Source: a virus (Duplodnaviria; Caudoviricetes). From it: a DNA stretch of 55,199 nucleotides. Below the pieces are notes generated by a model that saw only the letters and a program-made list of their open reading frames with translations, was not told where the DNA came from and did no database searches. Location of the stretch: IMG/VR virus record IMGVR_UViG_3300020445_001189, positions 1 to 55,199 of that record, one strand, 5' to 3'. The translations under genes and the position numbers were made by a program. Shown here one piece after another: positions 9,323-17,471 of this stretch (position 1 is the first letter of the stretch; the number at the start of each line of letters is the position of its first letter).

Positions 9323-10054
9323 CTATTTAGATTGTGCAGGTAAAATATAGTTATAAGTTGCTAATCCCGAATCAACACTAATTTGCATAGCACCTTGATC
9401 TGAGATTTTCATAGTTAGCTTACCATCAAGTCCAAGTATTGCTTGTACCTGTGCTACCGGCCAACTCCATGCGTGTTTTAGTTCACCTGTAATACTTTTA
9501 GCAAAATCAAATGATCCTGCGTGTGTACTGTGATCACCAAAGTAAAATACTAAATTATTATTTTCAGTTTTTACTGTAAACACAGTTTCTTCTGTATGAG
9601 CCGCACTTTGCAATTTCATTCTAGTAATACTTGCAATAGACGGTTCAAGTTCTACTTCCCACGTAGCACCTTTAAACTTAACACTCTTAAGTTTCTCGTT
9701 AATAATTTCCTGATTCATAAATCTATAATCATTTTGGAAATCACCTGCTTCGTTTTCAAAGTGAATATGTGTTGGAACTTCTGCTCCATTACGAGTTGCT
9801 TTCTCTACAGAAAGTTTTGCGTTCTTTTGATACTCTGGATTCTTTAAGTGTAAAGCCAGTTTATCTAAATTAGGCATACCAAATGTTGCCGCAAACTCTG
9901 TTACAGGATTTTTAGTATCAGCAGTTAGAATAACACTTCTGTCTTCTGCCATACTTTCGATTTGTGTATTTGCGTCATCTCCTGTAACTTTCACTAGATT
10001 TAAAAAGCCTAGCGAATGTGTATGTGCAACTACATCTTGTAAGATATCTTTCAT
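9323..10054 (-). CDS. DNA sliding clamp (PCNA/gp45-like)
   Basis: 243 aa, AEDRSVIL and FGMPNL, C-terminal YNYILPA like the PCNA YYLAP. PolB and a clamp loader occur in the same window. Confidence 0.7.
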   Translation of the reverse strand: MKDILQDVVAHTHSLGFLNLVKVTGDDANTQIESMAEDRSVILTADTKNPVTEFAATFGMPNLDKLALHLKNPEYQKNAKLSVEKATRNGAEVPTHIHFENEAGDFQNDYRFMNQEIINEKLKSVKFKGATWEVELEPSIASITRMKLQSAAHTEETVFTVKTENNNLVFYFGDHSTHAGSFDFAKSITGELKHAWSWPVAQVQAILGLDGKLTMKISDQGAMQISVDSGLATYNYILPAQSK

Positions 10055-10077
10055 TAGTTTTTCTCCATTGATCTCTT

Positions 10078-10106
10078 ATTGTATATTAATTTAATCATAA
10101 AGTCAA
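10078..10106 (-). promoter_or_regulatory. sigma70-like promoter for the clamp/modification operon
   Basis: TTGACT-N17-TACAAT upstream of a GGAG RBS. Confidence 0.75.
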
Positions 10107-10826
10107 GTCCTTTTGCGATTTTAAGTAGTCAAATAAATTGATTTTACTTGTCCAACCCAAATCCTTTAATTTTGAAACGTCAGCTTTATTACAAAGTCTT
10201 TCCGTTTCGTCACCAATTCTTTCTTCGACTTGCATATCGAAAAAATCAGTAATCTCTTTTAATGGTGTACTTACACCCGTTCCTATATCCATAATGCCTT
10301 TTGCATCTCGATTCATAAGAAACGAAATGGCACTACAAATATCGTCTATGTGGATAAAATCTCGTTTGTGATTTGTGTGTATATAAGAAAGATCCTTACG
10401 AAGTAAACGAGGAATAAACATTTTTGGCCTTTGCTGACTATTACTATATATAGTGCAAAAACGCAGGCCTAAACTTGTTTGTGGCGCAATACGTTCCATT
10501 GTGTGTTTACTCATTGCATAAGGATTTCTAGCAGGTTCTTTTGCAGTACTTGAACTAGCATATATTATCCTTGTGCCTTTAAATTGGTCAAAAATTCTTT
10601 TAGATGCCATTACGTTATTGTCCCAAAAGTGTTTAGGATCTTTTAAACTTAAAGGCAAGCCAGTTGCTCCAGCTAAATGGATTACTAAATCTACATCATA
10701 ATTTAAATCACAAGTTAGTAGATCGTTTCCATCTTCTCTATCAAGACAAGTAACTTGGTGAGCAGATAACCATTTAAGTAGGTGTGAACCTACAAACCCT
10801 TTGCTACCAGTTAAAAGTATTTTCAT
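10095..10826 (-). CDS. NAD-dependent epimerase/dehydratase (extended SDR)
   Basis: TGSKGFVG, HLAG, ASSS, YAMSK (YxxxK), RDFIHIDD. Confidence 0.92.
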   Translation of the reverse strand: MKILLTGSKGFVGSHLLKWLSAHQVTCLDREDGNDLLTCDLNYDVDLVIHLAGATGLPLSLKDPKHFWDNNVMASKRIFDQFKGTRIIYASSSTAKEPARNPYAMSKHTMERIAPQTSLGLRFCTIYSNSQQRPKMFIPRLLRKDLSYIHTNHKRDFIHIDDICSAISFLMNRDAKGIMDIGTGVSTPLKEITDFFDMQVEERIGDETERLCNKADVSKLKDLGWTSKINLFDYLKSQKDLTL

Positions 10827-11083
10827 TATTGTTCCTTAATTACTGGTTCATCACCAAATGCATCATTTGATTCTTCTAATTGTTTTTCAAATGATTTCTT
10901 TTGGTCTTCAGTCATTATATCCTTGCATTTAGAACTATCACCTAAACATTCAAAGAACTTATCCATAGCATTCATTGTTTTTTGTTCAGGAGTAGGTTTT
11001 GTAGTGCAATTTGTTATTAACACTAAAACAACTATAAGGCAAGAAATCAATAATAACTTTTTACTTAATTTTATTTTTTCCAT
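10826..11083 (-). CDS. putative lipoprotein
   Basis: Basic N-terminus, hydrophobic stretch, ITNC lipobox-like motif. Confidence 0.55.
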   Translation of the reverse strand: MEKIKLSKKLLLISCLIVVLVLITNCTTKPTPEQKTMNAMDKFFECLGDSSKCKDIMTEDQKKSFEKQLEESNDAFGDEPVIKEQ

Positions 11084-11628
11084 TGTCTTCCTTTCACTCC
11101 AAAGTGTTTATAAGTTGACTGTATACACTTTGCTTGATAATAACAGTCTGCTAATGCATTATGCATTTCTTCTTGAATAGCTTTACGTGGATCGCTTGGC
11201 ATCATACCAAACACAGTTCTACTATCTCTAATTTGCCAGAAGTTCCATGGAGTAGGTTTATTAATATTTTTATATAGGTCTTGTAATATAGCATAGTCAA
11301 ATAAAGGACCTTGGCACCATAATTCATCAAGACCTACACAAAATTTATTAATAGCTTTTGTAAGCTGATCCATATTAACACGATCTTTATGTTCACCGAA
11401 TGCTTCGTCTTGAATTTTTTGTGGTTGTTTAGTCCACCACTCCATTGTGTTGTCATCAATAGTTCTACCTAACTGTTCTGATTGTTCTTCTATATCACAA
11501 CGTAGGTACAAACCACTATGTGGTTCTTCATTACTAAATGGATCAAACTTAATTGCTCCTAAAGTAATAATTACACTATTAGGTTCAACACCTAAAGTTT
11601 CCAAGTCTATCATTCCGTGTGTAGCCAT
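11071..11628 (-). CDS. DEDDh 3'-5' exonuclease
   Basis: IDLETLG, FDYAIL, RDSRT, HNALAD. Confidence 0.9.
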   Translation of the reverse strand: MATHGMIDLETLGVEPNSVIITLGAIKFDPFSNEEPHSGLYLRCDIEEQSEQLGRTIDDNTMEWWTKQPQKIQDEAFGEHKDRVNMDQLTKAINKFCVGLDELWCQGPLFDYAILQDLYKNINKPTPWNFWQIRDSRTVFGMMPSDPRKAIQEEMHNALADCYYQAKCIQSTYKHFGVKGRQWKK

Positions 11629-11632
11629 ATGC

Positions 11633-11761
11633 CTATATTAACCTCATTAAAATAAAAACCTGTAAAATAAGTACTGCGATTGGAACGATGGTTCTAATAA
11701 ATTCCATAGTATGGTTATACTCGTCCATCTTCCTTTCAAACTTGTTTCGTTTATTCTTCAT
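11633..11761 (-). CDS. small membrane protein (42 aa)
   Basis: Hand translation MKNKRNKFERKMDEYNHTMEFIRTIVPIAVLILQVFILMRLI; GGAGG RBS; fills the gap between genes. Confidence 0.65.
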   Translation of the reverse strand: MKNKRNKFERKMDEYNHTMEFIRTIVPIAVLILQVFILMRLI

Positions 11762-14432
11762 TGTTACCTCCAAAATCAAATAAGTTATTAAAAGTGTTCT
11801 TTTGTAAGGTACTCTGGATGTCGTAATCTAACACCCCTATTAAATTACCGAGCTTATTATCGATAATTGTTTCTTCCATTGCTTCGTTATCAAACGGAAG
11901 AGCTTTAAACCATTCAGGCAATCTTAATTCATCTGTAGGATATGCAACAGATGTATAGCCTAATGGGTTTTGTTTTAGTTTACATACTACAACTTTCATA
12001 CCGTCAACAATCTCTTGACTGTACTTGTCGCCGTTCATACGTTTAAGTGTATTCCAATTAATACTAGCTCGAACGTGTCCGGGCATATTTGCTTTACCTT
12101 CTCTTTGTTCTTTACGTTGATAGTCCCCGATTCTATTTGCACGTTTAGGTGATCCTTTTTCGTGTCCAGGACGTAGTTTAAATTCTGTTCTAAATTCACT
12201 AATACGTTCTAAAATCTCTTTTTCACTTTTCTCTTGTAACACCATCATTAATAGTTCACTTAAAAAGTCTTGCATAAACACAGGTGTATCAGAACGTTTA
12301 AGATCTAATCCCATAGCTTTTACTTTACCTGGCTTACCATCTACATCTGTACGTTGTCCTTCGTTATCATATATTAAGGCCGCATATCTTTTCTTTGTAA
12401 TATACAAACCAGATTCTGCAACAATTTCTCTACCTGCCGCAATTACATCTGATCTACTCTTAGGACAATGAAATGCCTCCATCATAAACTTACCAAACGT
12501 TTTGTTTGCTTCTCCACATACTTGATCATAAAGTTTAATAACACTATCTTTAGTCCAAGGTATTGTTCCTGCTTCTATTTCTTTTTTAAGTATTGGAAAA
12601 GCACTAAAGTAAACTGAATCTGTATCACCGTATATTATACTATCTCCTACGTGATCATATGTGCCTGTAATAACTTTATTAACCTCGGCGCTCATGTGCT
12701 TTGCAATAGCACGACCAGTAAGTGTAGTACTTTGGCCAATACGTTTATCAAAAAACCTACAACCAGGGTTAAGAATAGCACCGTATAAACTGTTAAGATT
12801 AATTTTTTTAACAAGCTGACGTTTATCCCAAAACGCAATTTCTGTTTGATTTCCTGCATCGATGGCTTTTCCTTTCATCGCTTGTAGCTCTTTACGTTCT
12901 TGATACCAACGTTTAAGCAATCCAGGTATAACACCATCAAACTCATTTGTAAGTATTGTTCCGTTAGCAGTAAGCATCCATGGTTGGTTGCTATCATAAA
13001 TTAGTTTATATACTTCCGCGGCACTTAACATTTCGCTATCGCCATTTTCAAAGTCAACTGTTATGTCAAAGTCTTTTCTCTTTTCCATAACTGCTTCATA
13101 TTCTAGTGTACCAAACTTACCTTCCCAAGCACCTGCAAATGACTTCTTCTGAAGTGTCATTTGATCTTCTACAAAGGCGTTAGTATGATCTGGACGAAGT
13201 TGTCCTATAATAGTTGCTGGATCCATATTCAAAGCTCTAATAACAGATGGATATAGTGAATTTAAGTCCATTGAACCTATCCACTTATGTACACCCTTTT
13301 TAGGAAATGCAACATAGGCACCAGCCGCCGCCGTGTTTTCTTCATCACGTTTCGGCCTATTAGGAACTTGTAATCCTCTGTGATGTGCTTCGTTAATAAT
13401 TGCTTGTTCTGTAACTGCTACTGCACCCATTGTTGTTTGTAGCAAAACAGTATTTGCATGAGCTAGTTCATTTGATAAATCTATAAACTTTAATTTTTTA
13501 TCCAGCTTGTCCAGTAGTGCAACGTCTTGTCTGTTGTACTCAATGAACGTTCTGAAGTCATTGTTATAAAGTTGATCGAGTGTACCTTCATACACAGTTT
13601 TCTTTTCACCAACTTCAAGTTCACCAATAGCATCAAGTCTGTAAGTATGTCTTTCTTCATATGTATATTTACGATATAGTTCTAAACTATCTAAATGTAC
13701 TCTACCTATTAGGTCATACGTTTCAGCTTTTTTACCATACTTTTCATATTCACGTTTTTTAGGAAGTTGTTTCCATAAACAAAAACGTCTTGTATCATCT
13801 TTACTTAAAACTCTTGATACACGATTTACTGTATAAGGAATATCATAACCTTCACTGTTCCAACCAGTAAGTACATCACTATCTTGTATTAAGTCGAGAA
13901 ATGCTTGTAACATATCTCCTTCTTTTGCAAACAAGTGTGTATTAGGAAAATCTTTTACTTGTTGTTCTGCTTGTTCCATTGTAAGTGTCTTAGGTGGAAT
14001 AGCAAGTGTAACTAAAGTATCTAACCATTGTAAGTGTACTGTGATTGCAGTAATTGGCATAAACGGATCGCTAGGATCAGCAAATCCTCTTTCAGGATCA
14101 AAGTCTGTTTCAATATCAAAAAATGCTATATTAAGTTTAGGTGCATCAACATTTAAGTACTGTTCACTTAAACATTGGAATATTGGATTAACGTCTGATT
14201 CGAATAATTCTTTGTTTTGATTTATTGCAAGTTCTTTTCTAAACTGCTTTGTATTTCTAGCTACAATTCGATTTAAAGGATCACCATATATACTTTTATA
14301 TTTTCCTCTTTGGTCTTTATAAAAGAATGTATACTTAACTGGATATTCTGTAAAATGTCGTTTACCATCTTTACGTTCTACTACTCTGATAACGTCCTGG
14401 TCTCGATCAAATTGTGCGTCTACGTAACTCAT
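11751..14432 (-). CDS. family B DNA polymerase (gp43-like)
   Basis: ExoI FDIET, DLNSLYPS, KINLNSLYG, YGDTDS, KKRYA. Confidence 0.97.
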   Translation of the reverse strand: MSYVDAQFDRDQDVIRVVERKDGKRHFTEYPVKYTFFYKDQRGKYKSIYGDPLNRIVARNTKQFRKELAINQNKELFESDVNPIFQCLSEQYLNVDAPKLNIAFFDIETDFDPERGFADPSDPFMPITAITVHLQWLDTLVTLAIPPKTLTMEQAEQQVKDFPNTHLFAKEGDMLQAFLDLIQDSDVLTGWNSEGYDIPYTVNRVSRVLSKDDTRRFCLWKQLPKKREYEKYGKKAETYDLIGRVHLDSLELYRKYTYEERHTYRLDAIGELEVGEKKTVYEGTLDQLYNNDFRTFIEYNRQDVALLDKLDKKLKFIDLSNELAHANTVLLQTTMGAVAVTEQAIINEAHHRGLQVPNRPKRDEENTAAAGAYVAFPKKGVHKWIGSMDLNSLYPSVIRALNMDPATIIGQLRPDHTNAFVEDQMTLQKKSFAGAWEGKFGTLEYEAVMEKRKDFDITVDFENGDSEMLSAAEVYKLIYDSNQPWMLTANGTILTNEFDGVIPGLLKRWYQERKELQAMKGKAIDAGNQTEIAFWDKRQLVKKINLNSLYGAILNPGCRFFDKRIGQSTTLTGRAIAKHMSAEVNKVITGTYDHVGDSIIYGDTDSVYFSAFPILKKEIEAGTIPWTKDSVIKLYDQVCGEANKTFGKFMMEAFHCPKSRSDVIAAGREIVAESGLYITKKRYAALIYDNEGQRTDVDGKPGKVKAMGLDLKRSDTPVFMQDFLSELLMMVLQEKSEKEILERISEFRTEFKLRPGHEKGSPKRANRIGDYQRKEQREGKANMPGHVRASINWNTLKRMNGDKYSQEIVDGMKVVVCKLKQNPLGYTSVAYPTDELRLPEWFKALPFDNEAMEETIIDNKLGNLIGVLDYDIQSTLQKNTFNNLFDFGGNNEE

Positions 14433-14442
14433 CTTTTCTCCT

Positions 14443-14490
14443 GTATGTCATTTGAGGCTGACAAATACCAAAATGTCGTTTATGGCCGAC
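14443..14490 (-). promoter_or_regulatory. twin hairpins in the polymerase 5' leader (putative translational operator)
   Basis: mRNA GUCG-GCCAUAAA-CGAC and UGUCA-GCCUCAAA-UGACA directly 5' of AGGAG. Confidence 0.65.
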
Positions 14491-14501
14491 TATACCTTGC
14501 T

Positions 14502-14798
14502 TCATAACGTTGCTATTATTATACCACAAATCCCAACTAAAGTCAAGACTGCGTTTGTCAATATCAACGCCGGTTCTTTCCACATTACTGAAACTATTAA
14601 CCAAACTGCTCCGCCCAATGCTAATAAGCCCGGGCCTATTGGATATAACTCAGGATAACCTGCGTTAATAAAAGTTCCAACAATTAAAATAAATGTTGCT
14701 ACCCATTTAAGTACATCAGGTATGGTGAAGTGGATCGTTTGACCCCTCATCAATCCCATGCTTTTTAAAATATTCTCTATCGTTTTGTGCCTTGTCAT
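14502..14798 (-). CDS. small multi-TM membrane protein
   Basis: Three hydrophobic segments (LKWVATFILIVG...); true start uncertain. Confidence 0.65.
   Translation of the reverse strand: MTRHKTIENILKSMGLMRGQTIHFTIPDVLKWVATFILIVGTFINAGYPELYPIGPGLLALGGAVWLIVSVMWKEPALILTNAVLTLVGICGIIIATL
14518..14546 (-). promoter_or_regulatory. sigma70-like promoter of the DNA polymerase gene
   Basis: TTGACT-N17-TATAAT. Confidence 0.8.
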
Positions 14799-15054
14799 CT
14801 ATCCAAATATCGTACAACTGTTTGCCTGTTTTAATGCTTGTTGCCTTTACTCCCCAATCGGTTAATTGCTTTACAGTAAAATCTTGGTAATCTGTACCAG
14901 ACTTACTGCCCCTTGCAGTATAATAATGTATTTCATTACCTTCGTCAAATAGCCCGTTAAAGTGCTCTATGCGGTCTTTATACGGTCGACTTTCTGCATA
15001 ATTACTGTTTACAGTATAGCATATAGTACCGTCTATGTCAACCATATATCTCAT
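14716..15054 (-). CDS. HAD-superfamily phosphatase (minimal)
   Basis: MRYMVDIDGT (DxDGT), YTARG, K, IDDKA; start reassigned to 15054. Confidence 0.85.
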   Translation of the reverse strand: MRYMVDIDGTICYTVNSNYAESRPYKDRIEHFNGLFDEGNEIHYYTARGSKSGTDYQDFTVKQLTDWGVKATSIKTGKQLYDIWIDDKAQNDREYFKKHGIDEGSNDPLHHT

Positions 15055-15323
15055 ATAAACATTCTCCAAAGTGCAATAGAATTCATAGTAGTAAACCAAC
15101 CGGTTAATACCATAATCCAAGCTGAATCTCTGTAATAGGCCGCCCAAAAACCAGTAACACTTCCAATAAAGTAAAATGGAATAAAAATGTCTGGTCTAGG
15201 CTCTAATACTGTCCAAGTTAATATAGCACTTCCAATTATAACGGTAACTGCTGACGCGAATTCCAATCCAAATGCTAAAGGGTGAGAGTCGTAACTTCTT
15301 TTAAAAAAACTCGCGATACTCAC
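15051..15323 (-). CDS. small multi-TM membrane protein
   Basis: 90 aa, three hydrophobic helices. Confidence 0.7.
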   Translation of the reverse strand: MSIASFFKRSYDSHPLAFGLEFASAVTVIIGSAILTWTVLEPRPDIFIPFYFIGSVTGFWAAYYRDSAWIMVLTGWFTTMNSIALWRMFI

Positions 15324-15583
15324 TACTTGTCTTTACCAACTGTGACAACTAGTGTCTCCAAGTCATCAAATGCGTCTGCAACTTTGGCCCAATCGCCTTT
15401 ATGTGCAACTTTGATGGCTTTGTTAATAATAGCAGGTTTAATATTCAATTCTTCTGCTACTGCTTTTACAGTATCTTTAAGTCCTGTATTTAGATCTTCA
15501 ACTTCTTGAAGTACTTGAGCACCTTCGTTGACTAAACGTTCTAGCTTTTGCTTTTCGTCTTGTCCGTAAGTTCTATCACTCAT
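15323..15583 (-). CDS. dsDNA-binding protein (T4 DsbA/GapR-like)
   Basis: LERLVNE...LKDTVKAVAEELNIKPAIINKAIK helical pattern; AGGAG RBS. Confidence 0.65.
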   Translation of the reverse strand: MSDRTYGQDEKQKLERLVNEGAQVLQEVEDLNTGLKDTVKAVAEELNIKPAIINKAIKVAHKGDWAKVADAFDDLETLVVTVGKDK

Positions 15584-15607
15584 TTCATTCTCCTATTTTA
15601 TATTTGT

Positions 15608-15637
15608 ATTATACACTCTTTGCCTGCGGTCTGTCAA
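15608..15637 (-). promoter_or_regulatory. sigma70-like promoter
   Basis: TTGACA-N18-TATAAT. Confidence 0.8.
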
Positions 15638-16154
15638 TAGAAATATTGCCGGCAATTACAATTCTTTCTTTATCCAATTTTTGTTCTGGTACTCCGTGTG
15701 TTACCCAACCTGGAAATACAATCATTAATCCTGGATTTGGATATATTGCATTACCGCTAGTTGGAAATACTAATGGAGCATCATCTGGTGTTGCGTCTAC
15801 GTAGTAAACGAAACTCCACGTGGCCGGGTGATGTGCGTGTGCATTTGTGCTATCACCTTTCCTATAAACTGCTCCCCAGCAATCTGTAGGATAATATCTG
15901 CCCAATTCTTTATGTGCTAGACCACCTTCGATACATTCGATAGCAAAATTAACAATCTTTTCAAAATCAACATCTTCAAACATAGACCATTTAGTCATAT
16001 CAGCTTGAACATTAGTTTTTCGAAACTGTTGATCTCCTTCAGCTTTTATTTTGTTTGCAAGAATTGGATTCAAACTTTCTGCATCAGGATAGACAGCAGT
16101 AAATACGTCTGCTTTTTCTTTGAATTCTAAATTTTGTACGTTAGGCTCTAACAT
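15609..16154 (-). CDS. 2OG-Fe(II) oxygenase (TIGR02466-like)
   Basis: HAH, WSFVYY, FPGWVTH, RIVIAGN. Confidence 0.88.
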   Translation of the reverse strand: MLEPNVQNLEFKEKADVFTAVYPDAESLNPILANKIKAEGDQQFRKTNVQADMTKWSMFEDVDFEKIVNFAIECIEGGLAHKELGRYYPTDCWGAVYRKGDSTNAHAHHPATWSFVYYVDATPDDAPLVFPTSGNAIYPNPGLMIVFPGWVTHGVPEQKLDKERIVIAGNISIDRPQAKSV

Positions 16155-16159
16155 ACTAC

Positions 16160-16165
16160 TATTTA
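16160..16165 (-). promoter_or_regulatory. T4-type late promoter, leaderless spacing
   Basis: TAAATA-N5-ATG(16154). Confidence 0.7.
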
Positions 16166-16402
16166 ATCTTTAACTTTTTTGGTCTTATTTAAGGTGGCTT
16201 TGTATGCCTCTTCAAACCCTTCTTCGTATATATATGCTTCTTCGTTATACCAAACTCGTTTGAAATAACTATCGTAACAATCTAAAATACATTGTTCTGT
16301 GGCGTTGAAATGTCCTTTTACTATCCAAAAGAGTCGGTATGCTTCTTTGCGTCTACTACTCTGATCCAACCTCTTCGTCCTTACTCTTATACTGCCATTC
16401 AT
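16163..16402 (-). CDS. hypothetical protein
   Basis: C-terminal part of track ORF 16163..16507 (AYRLFWIVKGH...YFKRVWYNEE); start uncertain. Confidence 0.6.
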   Translation of the reverse strand: MNGSIRVRTKRLDQSSRRKEAYRLFWIVKGHFNATEQCILDCYDSYFKRVWYNEEAYIYEEGFEEAYKATLNKTKKVKD

Positions 16403-17006
16403 CTGTATGACCCACAGACCATTTTGGGTTATTCTCGACTGTATAATTTTGTGAACAAACTTTGAAGTCTGGCATCTTTCTATCAGGATGGACCAAACTT
16501 TGATCATTGAATATTACTCTGTTATTAGGTTGTGCCGCGAATTGACCATTTTTACACTTAATGATATTAAAGGACTTATGCTCTGGGTCATGCTCGGAAT
16601 AATTAACGTTAAGGGCGTGATCAGTATGGCAACTATCTATAGAAAACATATATTCACCTTGATGCATCTTTTTATCTTTTCCAAAGAACTCACACTCGCA
16701 TAGCATTTGTTTTTGTATTACTGTAATATCGTAATCAAAACAATCCCATATTTGTAATGTATCTAAAGGAAGTTGATCTTCAAGGTTTATGTTTGTTTTC
16801 CAAACAAACGCACTAATAGGAAGTTTGTCGTATAATGCACCGTACTCTGTAAGAAGTGTTTCGAAGTACAGAGCCTTGCTCATTATTGACTTGACGGAAA
16901 TCCATATACCAGGAGTGTATTCTCCATGACCTTTTTCAAGATCGTATAAGTATTCTTTCTTGACGAATACTTCTACCGGTGGTAAATTATGGACTAAGAA
17001 CGCCAT
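16356..17006 (-). CDS. hypothetical phage protein
   Basis: 216 aa, GAGGAG RBS, WDCFDY, NGQFAAQPNNR. Confidence 0.8.
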   Translation of the reverse strand: MAFLVHNLPPVEVFVKKEYLYDLEKGHGEYTPGIWISVKSIMSKALYFETLLTEYGALYDKLPISAFVWKTNINLEDQLPLDTLQIWDCFDYDITVIQKQMLCECEFFGKDKKMHQGEYMFSIDSCHTDHALNVNYSEHDPEHKSFNIIKCKNGQFAAQPNNRVIFNDQSLVHPDRKMPDFKVCSQNYTVENNPKWSVGHTDEWQYKSKDEEVGSE

Positions 17007-17040
17007 AGCACTCCTCAGTGTTAATTATTTTTAATGTATG

Positions 17041-17047
17041 TATTTAT
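17041..17047 (-). promoter_or_regulatory. T4-type late promoter
   Basis: Intergenic ATAAATA. Confidence 0.65.
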
Positions 17048-17048
17048 C

Positions 17049-17468
17049 TTAGGCGATGAAAGCCTTGCCTGATTTGCTGGCTTTTACGAAATTTTTGTAA
17101 CCGTCTTGTGTGGATATTGATTGTGTTCCGGAGTTCCATTTAGTACCGTCAAATTCCCAAGTAGCTTTACCATCGTTGTAAGCTGATCCTGGGTTAACAT
17201 CATCTATCTTTGGAACTTTTACTGGATCTACTTTTTGTGGAGCAGGTTTTTCTGCTGGTTTCTCTGCTTTTGCTGGTTCAGGTTTAGCGTCTTTGCCAAG
17301 TCCTACTGCTTTACGTAGTCTATCACCACCAGTTGGTTTTTGCATCTGTCTTTTGCCACCAAATGTAGCGGCCATTTTATCACCTAAATCATTCATCCAT
17401 GCGTCCATGCCGGCTCTTACACTACCGTCATCTCCACCCTTTTCGATGATAAAGTCTTTAGCTCTCAT
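17049..17468 (-). CDS. putative head-internal protein
   Basis: N-terminus MRAKDFIIE resembles the T4 internal-protein targeting leader. Confidence 0.55.
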   Translation of the reverse strand: MRAKDFIIEKGGDDGSVRAGMDAWMNDLGDKMAATFGGKRQMQKPTGGDRLRKAVGLGKDAKPEPAKAEKPAEKPAPQKVDPVKVPKIDDVNPGSAYNDGKATWEFDGTKWNSGTQSISTQDGYKNFVKASKSGKAFIA

Positions 17469-17471
17469 TGG

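Noticed and set aside
11751-14432. Possible intein or intron in the DNA polymerase
   Set aside because: All PolB motifs are contiguous in 893 aa, with no intein or homing-endonuclease motifs.
14407-14604. 65 aa minus-strand ORF upstream of the polymerase
   Set aside because: It overlaps a membrane-protein gene, the pol promoter and the leader hairpins, and is better explained as regulatory sequence.
16403-16507. Long N-terminal extensions on track ORFs 16163..16507 and 14716..15147
   Set aside because: The extensions overlap upstream genes extensively; downstream starts at about 16402 and 15054 fit better.
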